DNA of 35,413 nt from Actinomycetota bacterium (lineage in GTDB: Bacteria; Actinomycetota; Thermoleophilia; UBA2241). The notes beneath the pieces are model-generated. The model had not been told where the DNA came from, searched no databases, and worked only from the letters and a program-made list of their open reading frames with translations. The stretch covers positions 1-35,413 of the forward strand of contig PLTW01000091.1 in NCBI GenBank assembly GCA_003164655.1. The letters are read 5' to 3'. The position numbers and the translations under genes are program-made. Position 1 is the first letter of the stretch. The number at the start of each line of letters is the position of its first letter. This document shows, piece after piece, positions 15,804 to 25,400 of the stretch.

Positions 15804-17419
15804 CCGTGTACAACGCGATCAGGCTGAACGAGACGCTCGTCACGCGCGCTCGCGCGGCCGCCGAAGCCATCGCCGACGACATTCAGCGCCATATCGAGGA
15901 GCACACCACCGACTCGAGCGAGCGCGCCACGCTGCGCCTTCTGGGCGTCGCCGGTGTGAACGACATCGACGTGCCGCTGGTGAACGTCGTCATTGAACAG
16001 GCGCGTGAGCTGCTGCCGGGCGGCGTGACGCGGCCCTTCGTCGATCTCATGATACGCACCGGCAAGAGCGCCCAGGAGGTGGCCGAGGGCGTGGCCGCCG
16101 GCGCCCTGGCCCTCGACGAGGTGCCAGCCGAGCACCGCGCGGCGGCGGAGCTGCGGGCCGCCGAGCTGGCGACGCAGGGCGTCGCGCGCATCGACGCCGT
16201 CCGCCGCCGCCGCGAGGAGCTCGTGGCCGCCTGCGGCGAGGCGCTCAAACCCTACGTCTACGTGATCGTCGCCACCGGCAACATCTACGAAGACGCGGCC
16301 CAGGCCCAAGCGGCCGCCCGAGCCGGCGCCGACGTGATCGCGGTCATCCGTACGACGGCGCAGAGCCTGCTCGACTACGTACCGTACGGCAAGACCACCG
16401 AAGGTTTCGGCGGCACCTACGCCACGCAGGAGAACTTCAGGCTCATGCGGGCCGCCCTCGACGAGGTCGGCGCAGAGCTCGGCCGCTACATCCGCCTCTG
16501 CAACTACGCCAGCGGCCTCTGCATGCCCGAGATCGCCACGATGGGCGCCCTCGAGCGCCTCGACATGATGCTCAACGACTCCATGTACGGCATCATCTTC
16601 CGCAACATCAACATGCAGCGCACCTTCGTCGACCAGTATCTTTCACGCCTCATCAACGCCAGGGCCGGCATCATCATCAACACCGGCGAGGACAACTACC
16701 TGACCACGGCCGACGCCTTCGAGAAGGGCTACACGGTCGTGAGCTCCGACTTCATCAACGAAGCGTTCGCCCTGCGCGCCAACCTCGAGCCCTGGCAGAT
16801 CGGCCTGGGACACGCATTCGAGATCAACCCCGCGACCCCCGATCAGGTCGTCTACCAGATCGCCGACGCGCAGCTCATCCGCCAGCTCTTTCCGGAGTAC
16901 CCGCTCAAGTACATGCCGCCGACCAAGTACATGCCGGGCGACATCTTTCAGGGCCACATCATCGACGGCATGTTCAACTTCACCGGCATCTTCACAGGCC
17001 AGGAGATCATGCTGCTCGGCATGCTCACCGAGGCCCTGCACACGCCGCTGCTCCAGGACCGCTACGTCTCGATCAAGAACGCCAAGTACGTCTTCGAGTC
17101 GTGCCGCCACCTGGCCGACGAGGTCGAGTTCCGCTCCGGCGGCATCATCGAGAAGCGCGCCGACGACGTGTTGACCCGCGCCGCCGAACAGCTCGAACAC
17201 GTGCAGCGAATCGGTCTCTTCAAGGCGCTCGAAGACGGCGAGTTCGCCGACGTCAAACGCGACCCGCGCGGCGGCCGCGGCTTCGAGGGCGTCTTCAAGA
17301 CCCGCGACGACTACTTCAACCCCTTCTTCGCCGCCCTGCGCGAGGGTCGTCGGAGCGGACCGCCGACCGGTCCCGCGCCGGGCGAGTCGGTGCGCGCAAG
17401 TCAGGAGGTGGCGTCATGA
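15800..17419 (+). CDS. kamD: Lysine 5,6-aminomutase alpha subunit
   Basis: Long identity blocks to the family as I recall it: YVYVIVATGNIYEDAAQAQAAARAGADVIAVIRTTAQSLLDYVPYGKTTEGFGGTYATQENFRLMR; RLCNYASGLCMPEIA; IINTGEDNYLTTADAFE; LKYMPPTKYMPG; LGMLTEALHTP. Confidence 0.9.
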   Translation: MTVYNAIRLNETLVTRARAAAEAIADDIQRHIEEHTTDSSERATLRLLGVAGVNDIDVPLVNVVIEQARELLPGGVTRPFVDLMIRTGKSAQEVAEGVAAGALALDEVPAEHRAAAELRAAELATQGVARIDAVRRRREELVAACGEALKPYVYVIVATGNIYEDAAQAQAAARAGADVIAVIRTTAQSLLDYVPYGKTTEGFGGTYATQENFRLMRAALDEVGAELGRYIRLCNYASGLCMPEIATMGALERLDMMLNDSMYGIIFRNINMQRTFVDQYLSRLINARAGIIINTGEDNYLTTADAFEKGYTVVSSDFINEAFALRANLEPWQIGLGHAFEINPATPDQVVYQIADAQLIRQLFPEYPLKYMPPTKYMPGDIFQGHIIDGMFNFTGIFTGQEIMLLGMLTEALHTPLLQDRYVSIKNAKYVFESCRHLADEVEFRSGGIIEKRADDVLTRAAEQLEHVQRIGLFKALEDGEFADVKRDPRGGRGFEGVFKTRDDYFNPFFAALREGRRSGPPTGPAPGESVRASQEVAS

Positions 17420-18162
17420 TCGTCAGGCCGTACGGTGATACTCGTGACGACGGCATGATGCAGTTCTCGTTCACCCTGCCGATCGCCTACTCGGTCAAGG
17501 CGGCCGACGTCGGCAAACAGTTCGTCGAGAAGCTCGGCTTTCGCGACGTCGGCGTGGCCGAGTGCAAGGCGATCGACCCCGAGTTCACCTTTTACGTCGC
17601 CTACGGGCGCACCGAGACCGGCATCGACCCCGACAAGGTCAAGGGCGACTACCTCGAAGTCGAGGCGATGGACTACTACGCGATCAACGCGTTCATCAAG
17701 GAGCACCTGGGCCGCAAGCTGTCGGTGGTCGGGGCGGCCATCGAGAGCGACGCGCACACGGTCGGCATCGACGCCATCCTCAACATGAAGGGTTTCGCCG
17801 GCAACTACGGCTTCGAGCGCTATCCCGAGATGGAGGTCGTGAACATGGGCTCGCAGATCCCCTGCGAGCAGCTCCTGCGCACGGCCCTCGACCGGCACGC
17901 CGACGCTATCCTCGTGTCGCAGATCGTCACCCAGAAGAACATCCACGTGCAGAACCTGACCAAGATGATCGAGCTGCTCGAGGCCGAGGGCGTGCGCGAG
18001 CGCTTCGTGCTCGTCGTCGGCGGACCTCGCATCAACAACGCCTTCGCCAAGGAGCTCGGCTACGACGCCGGCTTCGGACTGCGCACGACACCCGTCGAAG
18101 TGGCCTCCTTCCTGGCGCAGGAAGTGGCCAGAAGGGCCAAAAACACGGCCAAAGCAACATGA
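17416..18162 (+). CDS. kamE: Lysine 5,6-aminomutase beta subunit (B12-binding)
   Basis: ATG at 17416 follows CAGGAGG and overlaps the kamD stop as ATGA. MIVRPYGDTRDDGMMQFSFTLP. B12 base-off/His-on motif ESDAHTVGIDAI. Rossmann-like segment FVLVVGGPRINNAFAKELGYDAGFG. Confidence 0.9.
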   Translation: MIVRPYGDTRDDGMMQFSFTLPIAYSVKAADVGKQFVEKLGFRDVGVAECKAIDPEFTFYVAYGRTETGIDPDKVKGDYLEVEAMDYYAINAFIKEHLGRKLSVVGAAIESDAHTVGIDAILNMKGFAGNYGFERYPEMEVVNMGSQIPCEQLLRTALDRHADAILVSQIVTQKNIHVQNLTKMIELLEAEGVRERFVLVVGGPRINNAFAKELGYDAGFGLRTTPVEVASFLAQEVARRAKNTAKAT

Positions 18163-18252
18163 TAGTTTGTCCATGACTTCAACAGGCGGCCCGAGGGCGC
18201 GTAGGACACGCGAGAGAACCTGCAGGGCCGCCTCTGGCCTCAGGAGGCTGTA

Positions 18253-19449
18253 GTGACAGACAACGACATCGTCATCCTCTCGGCGGTCCGCACCGCTCAG
18301 GGAAAGTTCCAGGGTGGGTTCGCCGGTACGCCGGCGACCGATCTCGGCGCCGTCGTCATGAAGGAGGCCCTCGCGCGCGCCGGCGTCGCGGGCGACCAGC
18401 TCGACGAGGTCATCTTCGGCAACGTCATTCAGGCGGGCCTGGGGCAGAACACGGCTCGCCAGGCCGAGCTCAAGGCCGGCATTCCCGACAACGTGCCGGC
18501 GATCACGGTCAACCGCGTCTGCGTGTCGAGCGCCGCGGCCCTGGCCTGGGCGGCGGCCAACATCAAGGCCGGCGACGGCGAGATCTACCTGGTGGGCGGC
18601 ACCGAGAACATGACACGCGCGCCGTGGCTGCTGCAGAACGGCCGCACCGGCTATCGCATGGGCATGCCCTCCGACCAGATCTTCGACGCCATGGTCCTGG
18701 ACGGGCTCTGGTGCGCGATCGGCGGCTACCACATGGGCCTGACGGCCGAGATACTGAGCGAGAAGTTCGGCGTCTCCAAGGACGCCCAGAACGAGGTCGC
18801 CTACCGCAGCCAGCTCAACGCCAGCGCCGCCGTGCGCGACGGCCGCTTCACCGACGAGATCGTGCCGGTCACGATCCCGCAGCGTAAAGGCGATCCGAAG
18901 ATCGTCGACACGGACGAATGCCCGCGAGAGACCACACCCGAAGCGCTCGCCGGTCTCAAGCCGGTGTTCAAGAAGGACGGCGGAGTGGTGACGGCCGGCA
19001 ACGCGTCGGCCATCGCCGACGGCGCCAGCGCCCTGGTCGTCACCTCTCGCCGAAAGGCGGCCGACCTCGGCCTCAAGCCCATCGCTCAGCTCGTGAGCTA
19101 CGCCACTGCGGCGGTGCCCGCCGAGATCATGGGCTACGGCGAGACCGTGGCCGCCCACAAGGCCCTCGAAAAGGCCGGCCTGCAAAGCGGCGACATCCAG
19201 CTTGCCGAGTTGAACGAGGCCTTCGCCTGCGTGGCCGCGCTCGCCACCCGCGAGCTCGGTCTCGATCTCGAGATCGTCAACGTCAACGGTGGCGCCGTCG
19301 CGCTCGGCCACCCGCTCGGCAACACCGGCACCCGCATGATCGTGACCCTCATTCACGAGCTCCAGAAGCGCGGCCAGGAGATCGGCCTGACCGGCGCCTG
19401 TGTCGGCGGCGGCCAGGGCGCCGGCAGCGTCATCAAAGTCGAAGCGTAA
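18253..19449 (+). CDS. Acetyl-CoA C-acetyltransferase (thiolase II)
   Basis: IVILSAVRTAQGKFQGGF; active-site Cys context VNRVCVSSAAAL; NVNGGAVALGHPLGNTGTRM; GACVGGGQGAG. GTG start after CAGGAGG. Confidence 0.9.
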   Translation: MTDNDIVILSAVRTAQGKFQGGFAGTPATDLGAVVMKEALARAGVAGDQLDEVIFGNVIQAGLGQNTARQAELKAGIPDNVPAITVNRVCVSSAAALAWAAANIKAGDGEIYLVGGTENMTRAPWLLQNGRTGYRMGMPSDQIFDAMVLDGLWCAIGGYHMGLTAEILSEKFGVSKDAQNEVAYRSQLNASAAVRDGRFTDEIVPVTIPQRKGDPKIVDTDECPRETTPEALAGLKPVFKKDGGVVTAGNASAIADGASALVVTSRRKAADLGLKPIAQLVSYATAAVPAEIMGYGETVAAHKALEKAGLQSGDIQLAELNEAFACVAALATRELGLDLEIVNVNGGAVALGHPLGNTGTRMIVTLIHELQKRGQEIGLTGACVGGGQGAGSVIKVEA

Positions 19450-19464
19450 GTCACGCACCCGACG

Positions 19465-19506
19465 CGGCGGCGGCGCGGCGGCTCTCGAGCCGCCGCGCCG
19501 CCGCCG
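19465..19506 (+). other. Perfect 18-bp all-G/C stem-loop between the thiolase gene and kdd (intercistronic RNA structure or leaky terminator)
   Basis: Positions 19465..19482 pair base-for-base with 19489..19506. The loop is tctcga. No U-tract follows. Confidence 0.4.
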
Positions 19507-19554
19507 ACGGACCCCTCAACGGAAAAGCGCATCACTACGAAAGCGAGGCACAAG

Positions 19555-20637
19555 GTGAAAGAAGGCAACAAGTTCGGAGCCCATCGCGTGATCGAGCCGA
19601 AGGGCGTCTTGCCGCAGCCGGCCTGGAAGATCGACAACACGATGGAGTGCGCCGACAACGAGATCCTGATCGACGTCGACACGCTCAACGTCGACGCGGC
19701 CAGCTTTACCCAGATCGAGGAGGCCGAGGGCGGCGACGTCAAGAAGATGGCCCGCCACAGCCTCGGCATCATCGCCGAGCGCGGCAAGCATCACAACCCC
19801 GACACCGGCTCGGGCGGCATGCTGCTGGGCACGGTCAAGGAGATCGGTCCCAAGCTCAAGGGTCGCGACCTCAAGGTCGGCGATCGCATCGCCACCCTCG
19901 TGTCGCTGTCGCTCACCCCGCTCAAGGTCGACGAGATCATCTCGATCAACAAGGACACCTGCCAGGTCAAAGTGAAGGCCCAGGCCATCCTGTTCGAGAC
20001 CGGCATCTACGCCAAGATCCCCAGCGACATGGACGAAGCCCTCGCCCTGGCCATCCTCGACGTGGCCGGCGCCCCGGCGCAGGCGGCCAAGCTCAGCAAG
20101 CCCGGCCAGACCGTGTTCATCATCGGGGCCGGCGGCAAGAGCGGCCTGCTCTGCGCCTATGAGGCCCGCAAGCGCGTCAAGCCGACCGGCAAGGTCATCT
20201 GCCTGGTGCACGGCGACGCCGGCCGCAAGCGCCTCGAGAAATCCGGCTTCGCCGACGTCATCATTCAGGGCTCGGCCACCGACCAGCTCTTCGTCTACGA
20301 AGAGGTCAGCAAGGCGACCGGCGGCGAGATGGCCGACCTGACCATCAACTGCGTCGACATCCCGAACACCGAGATGGCCTCGGTCCTCGCCACCAAGGAC
20401 GACGGCCTGGTCTACTTCTTCTCGATGGCGACGAGCTTCACCTCGGCCGCCCTCGGCGCCGAAGGCATCGGCGCCGACACGACCATGATCATCGGCAACG
20501 GTTACACCAAGGACCACGCCATCATCGCGCTCGCCGTCGTTCGCGAGAGCCCGATGCTCATGGAGATCTTCAAGGACACCTACTCCACGGGCGCCGGCCA
20601 CGCCGAGCCCGTGGGCATCAAGGCTTCGGAGATCTGA
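19555..20637 (+). CDS. kdd: L-erythro-3,5-diaminohexanoate dehydrogenase
   Basis: GAHRVIEPKGVLPQPAWKIDN; LIDVDTLNVDAASFTQIEE; NPDTGSGGMLLGTVKEIG; KVGDRIATLVSLSLTPLKVDEIISI; LDVAGAPAQAAKL; IIGAGGKSGLLCAYEARKRV; INCVDIPNTEM; YFFSMATSFTSAALGAEG. Confidence 0.85.
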   Translation: MKEGNKFGAHRVIEPKGVLPQPAWKIDNTMECADNEILIDVDTLNVDAASFTQIEEAEGGDVKKMARHSLGIIAERGKHHNPDTGSGGMLLGTVKEIGPKLKGRDLKVGDRIATLVSLSLTPLKVDEIISINKDTCQVKVKAQAILFETGIYAKIPSDMDEALALAILDVAGAPAQAAKLSKPGQTVFIIGAGGKSGLLCAYEARKRVKPTGKVICLVHGDAGRKRLEKSGFADVIIQGSATDQLFVYEEVSKATGGEMADLTINCVDIPNTEMASVLATKDDGLVYFFSMATSFTSAALGAEGIGADTTMIIGNGYTKDHAIIALAVVRESPMLMEIFKDTYSTGAGHAEPVGIKASEI

Positions 20638-20784
20638 GAGTAGCGTCGCACACACCCGACAAGCGGCAGACGCGCGCTCGCGGAAACGCGGATGCTCACC
20701 CTTACCCGGGCGCCCCTGAGCCGGATGTTCAAGCTCCCCACCTGCCGCCGCATACCTGAGACGGGTCTTTCTGCCCGCAGGTAG

Positions 20785-20828
20785 AACGACGGAGGGCGGG
20801 CCGCTTTCGCGGCCCGCCCTCCGTCGTT
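20785..20828 (+). terminator. Strong hairpin terminator after kdd
   Basis: aacgacggagggcgggccgc / tttc / gcggcccgccctccgtcgtt forms a perfect 20-bp stem with a 4-nt loop. It is followed by a T-containing tail (tcgtcgtcgctt). Confidence 0.6.
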
Positions 20829-20888
20829 TCGTCGTCGCTTCGGCAGACCGACCATGGACAGGCGCCGACGTCCGCGGCACCGGCGCCA

Positions 20889-20904
20889 TGTTTCACGTGA
20901 AACC
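20889..20904. other. parS: parS centromere site 1 (TGTTTCACGTGAAACC)
   Basis: 15 of 16 match to the canonical ParB-binding palindrome TGTTNCACGTGAAACA. The 14-bp core GTTTCACGTGAAAC is a perfect palindrome. Confidence 0.85.
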
Positions 20905-20920
20905 ACGGCTATCAGTGTCG

Positions 20921-20936
20921 CGTTTCACGTGAAACG
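20921..20936. other. parS: parS centromere site 2 (CGTTTCACGTGAAACG)
   Basis: Identical 14-bp core GTTTCACGTGAAAC, 32 bp centre-to-centre from site 1. Confidence 0.85.
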
Positions 20937-21109
20937 CTCGCCGCCGCTCTCGTGCCGGCTGTCCCGCCGCGCTTCGCGCGGCGGCCGGCGTGGAACATGT
21001 GACCTGGGACCCGACAACCAGGCGACCGGCCTTGCCGCCCCGACTCGCACCGTTCTACACTCGCGACGGATCGGCGCGGCCCCGCGCAACCTCGCCCTCT
21101 GGAGCCTGC

Positions 21110-22183
21110 ATGAACAACGATGATGTCCTCGCCGCCCTCTCGACGGTGCAAGACCCCGAGCTGCAACGCAGTATCGTCGCTCTCGACATGGTCCGTGACA
21201 TCGAGATCACCGACGACCGCCTGTCGGTGCGTCTCGTGCTCACGACGGCGGCGTGCCCGCTGAAAGACCGCATCCGCACGGAGACGGAACAGGCCCTCGC
21301 GGCCGTCGCCGGGGAGCGGCGGGTCGAGGTCGTGATGGATGCCATGTCCCCCGAGGAGTGCGAGCGCCTCGCGGCCACCGTCAAGGCCGACCCGGGGATC
21401 CCGTCGACGCCGTTCGGACCGGGCGCCAAGACACGCGTTCTGGCGGTGGCCAGTGGCAAGGGCGGGGTCGGCAAGTCGACGGTGACCGCCAACCTGGCCG
21501 TAGCCCTGGCTCAGCGCGGCCACGCCGTCGGCCTGATCGACGCCGACGTCTACGGGCCCACGATCCCCCTCATGTTCGGCATGGCCACCGTGGCGCCCGC
21601 CTCGCGTGACGGCAAGCTGGTGCCGCCCGAAGCCCACGGCGTGAAGATCGTCTCCATGGGCTTCTTTCTCGAAGACGACGAGCCCGTGATCTGGCGCGGG
21701 CCGATGCTCGGACGCGCCATGGAGCAGTTTCTCGGCGACGTGTTGTGGGGCAGCCCCGATTACCTGCTGATCGACTTGCCGCCCGGCACGGGCGACATCG
21801 CTCTCACGATCGCCCAGATGCTGCCGGCAGCCGAGGTGATCGTGGTGACGACGCCTCAGCAGGCCGCCGCCAAGATCGCCGCCAAAGCGGCGAAGATGGC
21901 GCTGCTCACCAAGCACCGCATCATCGGCGTCGTCGAGAACATGGCCTATTTCGTGTGTCCCAACTGCGGCGAGAAGCACTTCATCTTCGGTCACGGAGGG
22001 GCGGAGGACATCGCCAGGGCGGCCGGCACCATTTTGCTGGGCCGCATTCCCCTCGACGAGATGACGCGCAGCGCCGGCGACGCCGGCACGCCCCCGGCCC
22101 TCGACCCCATAAGCCCTGCCGGCGCCGTCTTCCACGACATCGCTCGCGTCATCGAGACGCTGCCGGCGGCGGCTGAAGCCTAG
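21110..22183 (+). CDS. mrp: Mrp/ApbC/NBP35-family Fe-S cluster carrier ATPase with an N-terminal DUF59/MIP18 domain
   Basis: ATG at 21110 follows GGAG. VQDPELQRSIVALDMVRDIEI (DUF59). Walker A: VASGKGGVGKSTVTANLA. Also IDADVYGPTIP, LIDLPPGTGD and the CxxC motif FVCPNCGEKH. Confidence 0.9.
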   Translation: MNNDDVLAALSTVQDPELQRSIVALDMVRDIEITDDRLSVRLVLTTAACPLKDRIRTETEQALAAVAGERRVEVVMDAMSPEECERLAATVKADPGIPSTPFGPGAKTRVLAVASGKGGVGKSTVTANLAVALAQRGHAVGLIDADVYGPTIPLMFGMATVAPASRDGKLVPPEAHGVKIVSMGFFLEDDEPVIWRGPMLGRAMEQFLGDVLWGSPDYLLIDLPPGTGDIALTIAQMLPAAEVIVVTTPQQAAAKIAAKAAKMALLTKHRIIGVVENMAYFVCPNCGEKHFIFGHGGAEDIARAAGTILLGRIPLDEMTRSAGDAGTPPALDPISPAGAVFHDIARVIETLPAAAEA

Positions 22184-22239
22184 CGCAGTCCCCACGTTCG
22201 GAGAGGACGCAAGGACCCACCAGAGCCTGCCCCGCGGCC

Positions 22240-22370
22240 GCCTGCGCATTTGCCTGTGTGACCGCCTGTGTGACCGCCTGTGTGACCGCCTGTGTGACCG
22301 CCTGTGCGATGCCTGCGCGGCCGCCTGCGCGGTTGCCTGCGCGGCGCTTGCCCCCGCCTGTGCGACCGCC
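22240..22370. repeat. 12-bp tandem repeat array (GCCTGTGTGACC x4 perfect, flanked by about 6 degenerate GCCTGCGCGGNN units)
   Basis: Perfect units at 22252..22263, 22264..22275, 22276..22287 and 22288..22299. Degenerate units: gcctgcgcattt, gcctgtgcgat, gcctgcgcggcc, gcctgcgcggtt, gcctgcgcggcg. The array is intergenic, between mrp and the 22453 gene. Confidence 0.9.
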
Positions 22371-22404
22371 AACGCGCCGCTTGGCCCCGCCTCGCGCCTG
22401 CGTG

Positions 22405-22410
22405 TAGAAT
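22405..22410 (+). promoter_or_regulatory. Candidate -10 (TAGAAT) for the 22453 gene
   Basis: tagaat lies 43 nt upstream of the ATG, immediately downstream of the repeat array. The RBS AGAGGAA is at 22444..22450. Confidence 0.3.
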
Positions 22411-22452
22411 TGGTCAAGTTTTCAGGCACGGCAGCCGACTATCAGAGGAACC

Positions 22453-25400
22453 ATGGGCAGCCCTTCCACGCCGACGACTGATCGACGCTGGCTGCGGCTC
22501 GGTCCGGCGGCCGAGCTGCTGGGCGTAAGCGTCAACACACTGCGGCGCTGGAGCGACGCCGGCAAGGTCGCCTGCTACCGCAGTGCCGGCGGTCACCGAC
22601 GCTACCGTCGGGCCGACATCGATGCGCTGCTGCGCGACGGGGCGGGCACCGACGCGGCCAGGATCGCCGCCCTCGAGGCCCGCAACCGCGACCTCCAGCT
22701 GCTCGTCGAAGCCGGCATCGAAGAAGCCTCTCACCTGTCCACCGACGACGTCCTGCAAAGCGTCGCACGCCGCCTGGCACGTCTCACGCGCTCACCGGTC
22801 GCCGACATCTATGCGGTCGAAGGCGAGACGCTGCGCGCGCTGGTGAGTTACGACCACGGGGTCTTCGACCGCGCGTGGGAGGGCACCACCGTCAGGCTGC
22901 GCGACTTTCCCTGCAGCGCCATCGCAGTCGGACAGCGCCGCGTCTCGCTGGCCGCCAGCCTCGACGACCCGGTGCTCACGCCCACCGGCCGCAAGTCGCT
23001 CGAGAAGTGGGGCTACCAGTCCCAGCTCGCGGCGCCGCTCGTGGCGCGCGACGCGGTGATCGGCATCCTCGAGTTGTCCGACTACGTGCCGCGCGACTTC
23101 AGCGAACACCTCGAGCTCATCGAAGGTCTCGCCCATGTGGCAGGACGAGCGCTCGACAACGCCGCCCTGTTCGACGAGATCCGGCGGCGCAACGAGATCC
23201 TGCACGAGCTCGTCGAGTTCGGCGCGCTCGCTACCCGCGCCGGCGACGTGACAGAGCTGCTGCGCATCGCGGCCAGGCGCCTCGTCGAAACGCTCGGCGC
23301 GGCGGACTGCGACGTGTTCACGCTCGAAGGCGACACCACGCTTCTCAGTCGGGTGAGCTACGACCGCAACGGGTACGACGACGACTCCGTCGGACATTCG
23401 CTGCGCGTCGACGACTTCCCCAACGTCAAGATGGCGATCGAGTCGCAGCAGATCGCGGTCATCGCCTCTCCCGACGATCCTCGCATCGATGTAGAGGAGC
23501 GTCGGGTCTTCGCGGAGTGGGGCTTCAAGAGCAACCTCTCCCTGCCGCTGGTCGTCGACGGCGTCGTCCATGGCCTCATCGACATTTACGACGATGAGCC
23601 TGGGGACTACGCCGAGTACCTCGACTTTCTGATGACCGTCGGCCAGTTGCTCGCCGGGGCGCTGGGCAAGGCGCGGCTGCTCGAGCGCCTCGAAGGCAGC
23701 AACGACGAGCTCCGCCAGCTGGTCGACTCGGGGCTCGAGTTCGGTTCCTCACTCGAGCTCGACGACGTGCTCTACTCGGTGGCCGGACGCATGCGCGGTC
23801 TGGCCGGAGCGCAGGAGTGCGAGGTCAGCGGACTCGAGGGCTCCGAGCTCGTCGTGCGCATCTGCGTCGGCGGCGACGGCCGCCGCGACGGCAAGACGGG
23901 CGTGCGCCGGTCGGCCGACGCCCACCGCGCGACCCAGCGAGCCATCGCGACGCGCCAGCCCGTTGCAGTCCGCGACGCCGCCGACGGCCTGAACGCCGAG
24001 GAGCGCACCATCCTGCTCGAATCGGGCCACCGCGCGAGCATCCACTTGCCGCTCATCGTGCGCGGCGAGGTCATCGGTCTGGTCGCGCTGTACGACAGTC
24101 GCGCCCGCGAGTTCCCCCGCGTCCAGCTTCTGCAGGGGCTGGCCCAGATCGCCGCCCAGGCCATGGACAACGCCCGGCTCTACGACGAGATCAAGCGCAT
24201 GCATCTGGGCAATCTCAAGGCTCTGAGCTCAGCCCTGAACGCGAAGGACTACTACACGCTCGGTCACGCCGCGCGCGTCGGCGCCTACATGGTCCTTCTG
24301 GGCCACGAGCTCGGCTGGTCCGACGAGACCATCCACCAGGTCGAAGAGGCCGCCTACCTGCACGACATCGGCAAGATCGGCGTCGCCGACCGCGTCCTGC
24401 TTAAGCCGAGTGGCTTGAACTCGCGCGAATGGGACCTCATGCGCCAGCATCCGATCTTTTCGGCCGACATCCTGCGCCCCCTGTTTGCCGACGATCTCGT
24501 GCTCGGCGTACGCCACCATCACGAACACTGGGACGGTACCGGCTACCCCGACGGCCGCGCCGCCGAGGCGATCCCGCTCGTGGCGCGCGCCATGTGCGTC
24601 GCCGACTCCTACGACGCCATGTCGTTCCGGCGGCCCTACCGCCAGGCCCTGAGGTATCACGAGGCGCTCGCCGAGCTCGACCACTGCAGCGGGACGCAGT
24701 TCGACCCGCAGATGGTCGTCGCCTTCAAGCGCGTTCTGGCGCGGCTCCACGAGCAGCGTGACCTGGCGTGCGAGGTGGCGGCGCTGGCAGCGGCGCGCAT
24801 CGACCCGGACGAGCACGCCACGTTGCGCGTAGCGCTCGACGAAAGCCGGCCCGAGTACCTGCACATCGCGGCCGAGCTGCGCGCCGTGCGCGACGACCAC
24901 CCCCAGGTACGCTACCTCACGACCGTCGTCGTCGGCGCCGACGCCAAGGCCACGATCGTCGTCGATGCCGAACAGGCCCCCGACGAGCGGGCGCCGCTGG
25001 GCAGCGAGATCTTCGCCGACGACGAGTTGCTCGAGACCTTCGCCGGCGCCTCACCCGACGTCAATGTGCTCTACGTCGACCAGTGGGGCGTCTGGGTGAG
25101 CGGTCTTGCGACCGTGCGTGACCGTCGCGGCGAGGTCGTGGCGATCGTCCAGGCCGACATTCCGCCGGCCGGGTTGAGCGGCGCCGAGATGGCGGGCCTG
25201 CGCAGCGACGTGGCGCAAGCCTTCGCCGCCATGTTCCAGGCCGCCGCGGCGCGCCTCGGCCGCACCGAGCTCGACGCCATCACCGACGGTCTCACCGGTC
25301 TCTACAACCATCGCTACCTGCACGAGCGACTGTCAGAGGAGATCGAGCGCGCTCGCCAGGACAATCGGTCGCTCTCGTTGCTGTTCTGCGGCCTCGACCG

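Noticed and set aside
17401-19458. 685-aa minus-strand ORF
   Set aside because: It is antisense to kamE and the thiolase, both of which have near-textbook motifs. Its composition is shadow-like.
22240-22370. CRISPR array
   Set aside because: The units are 12 bp long and directly abutting with no spacers, and there are no cas genes. This is a simple tandem repeat.
20912-22429. 505-aa minus-strand ORF containing an (SHRR)n repeat
   Set aside because: It is antisense to mrp. The peptide repeat is just the translation of the intergenic 12-bp DNA tandem repeat. It also runs through the parS region.
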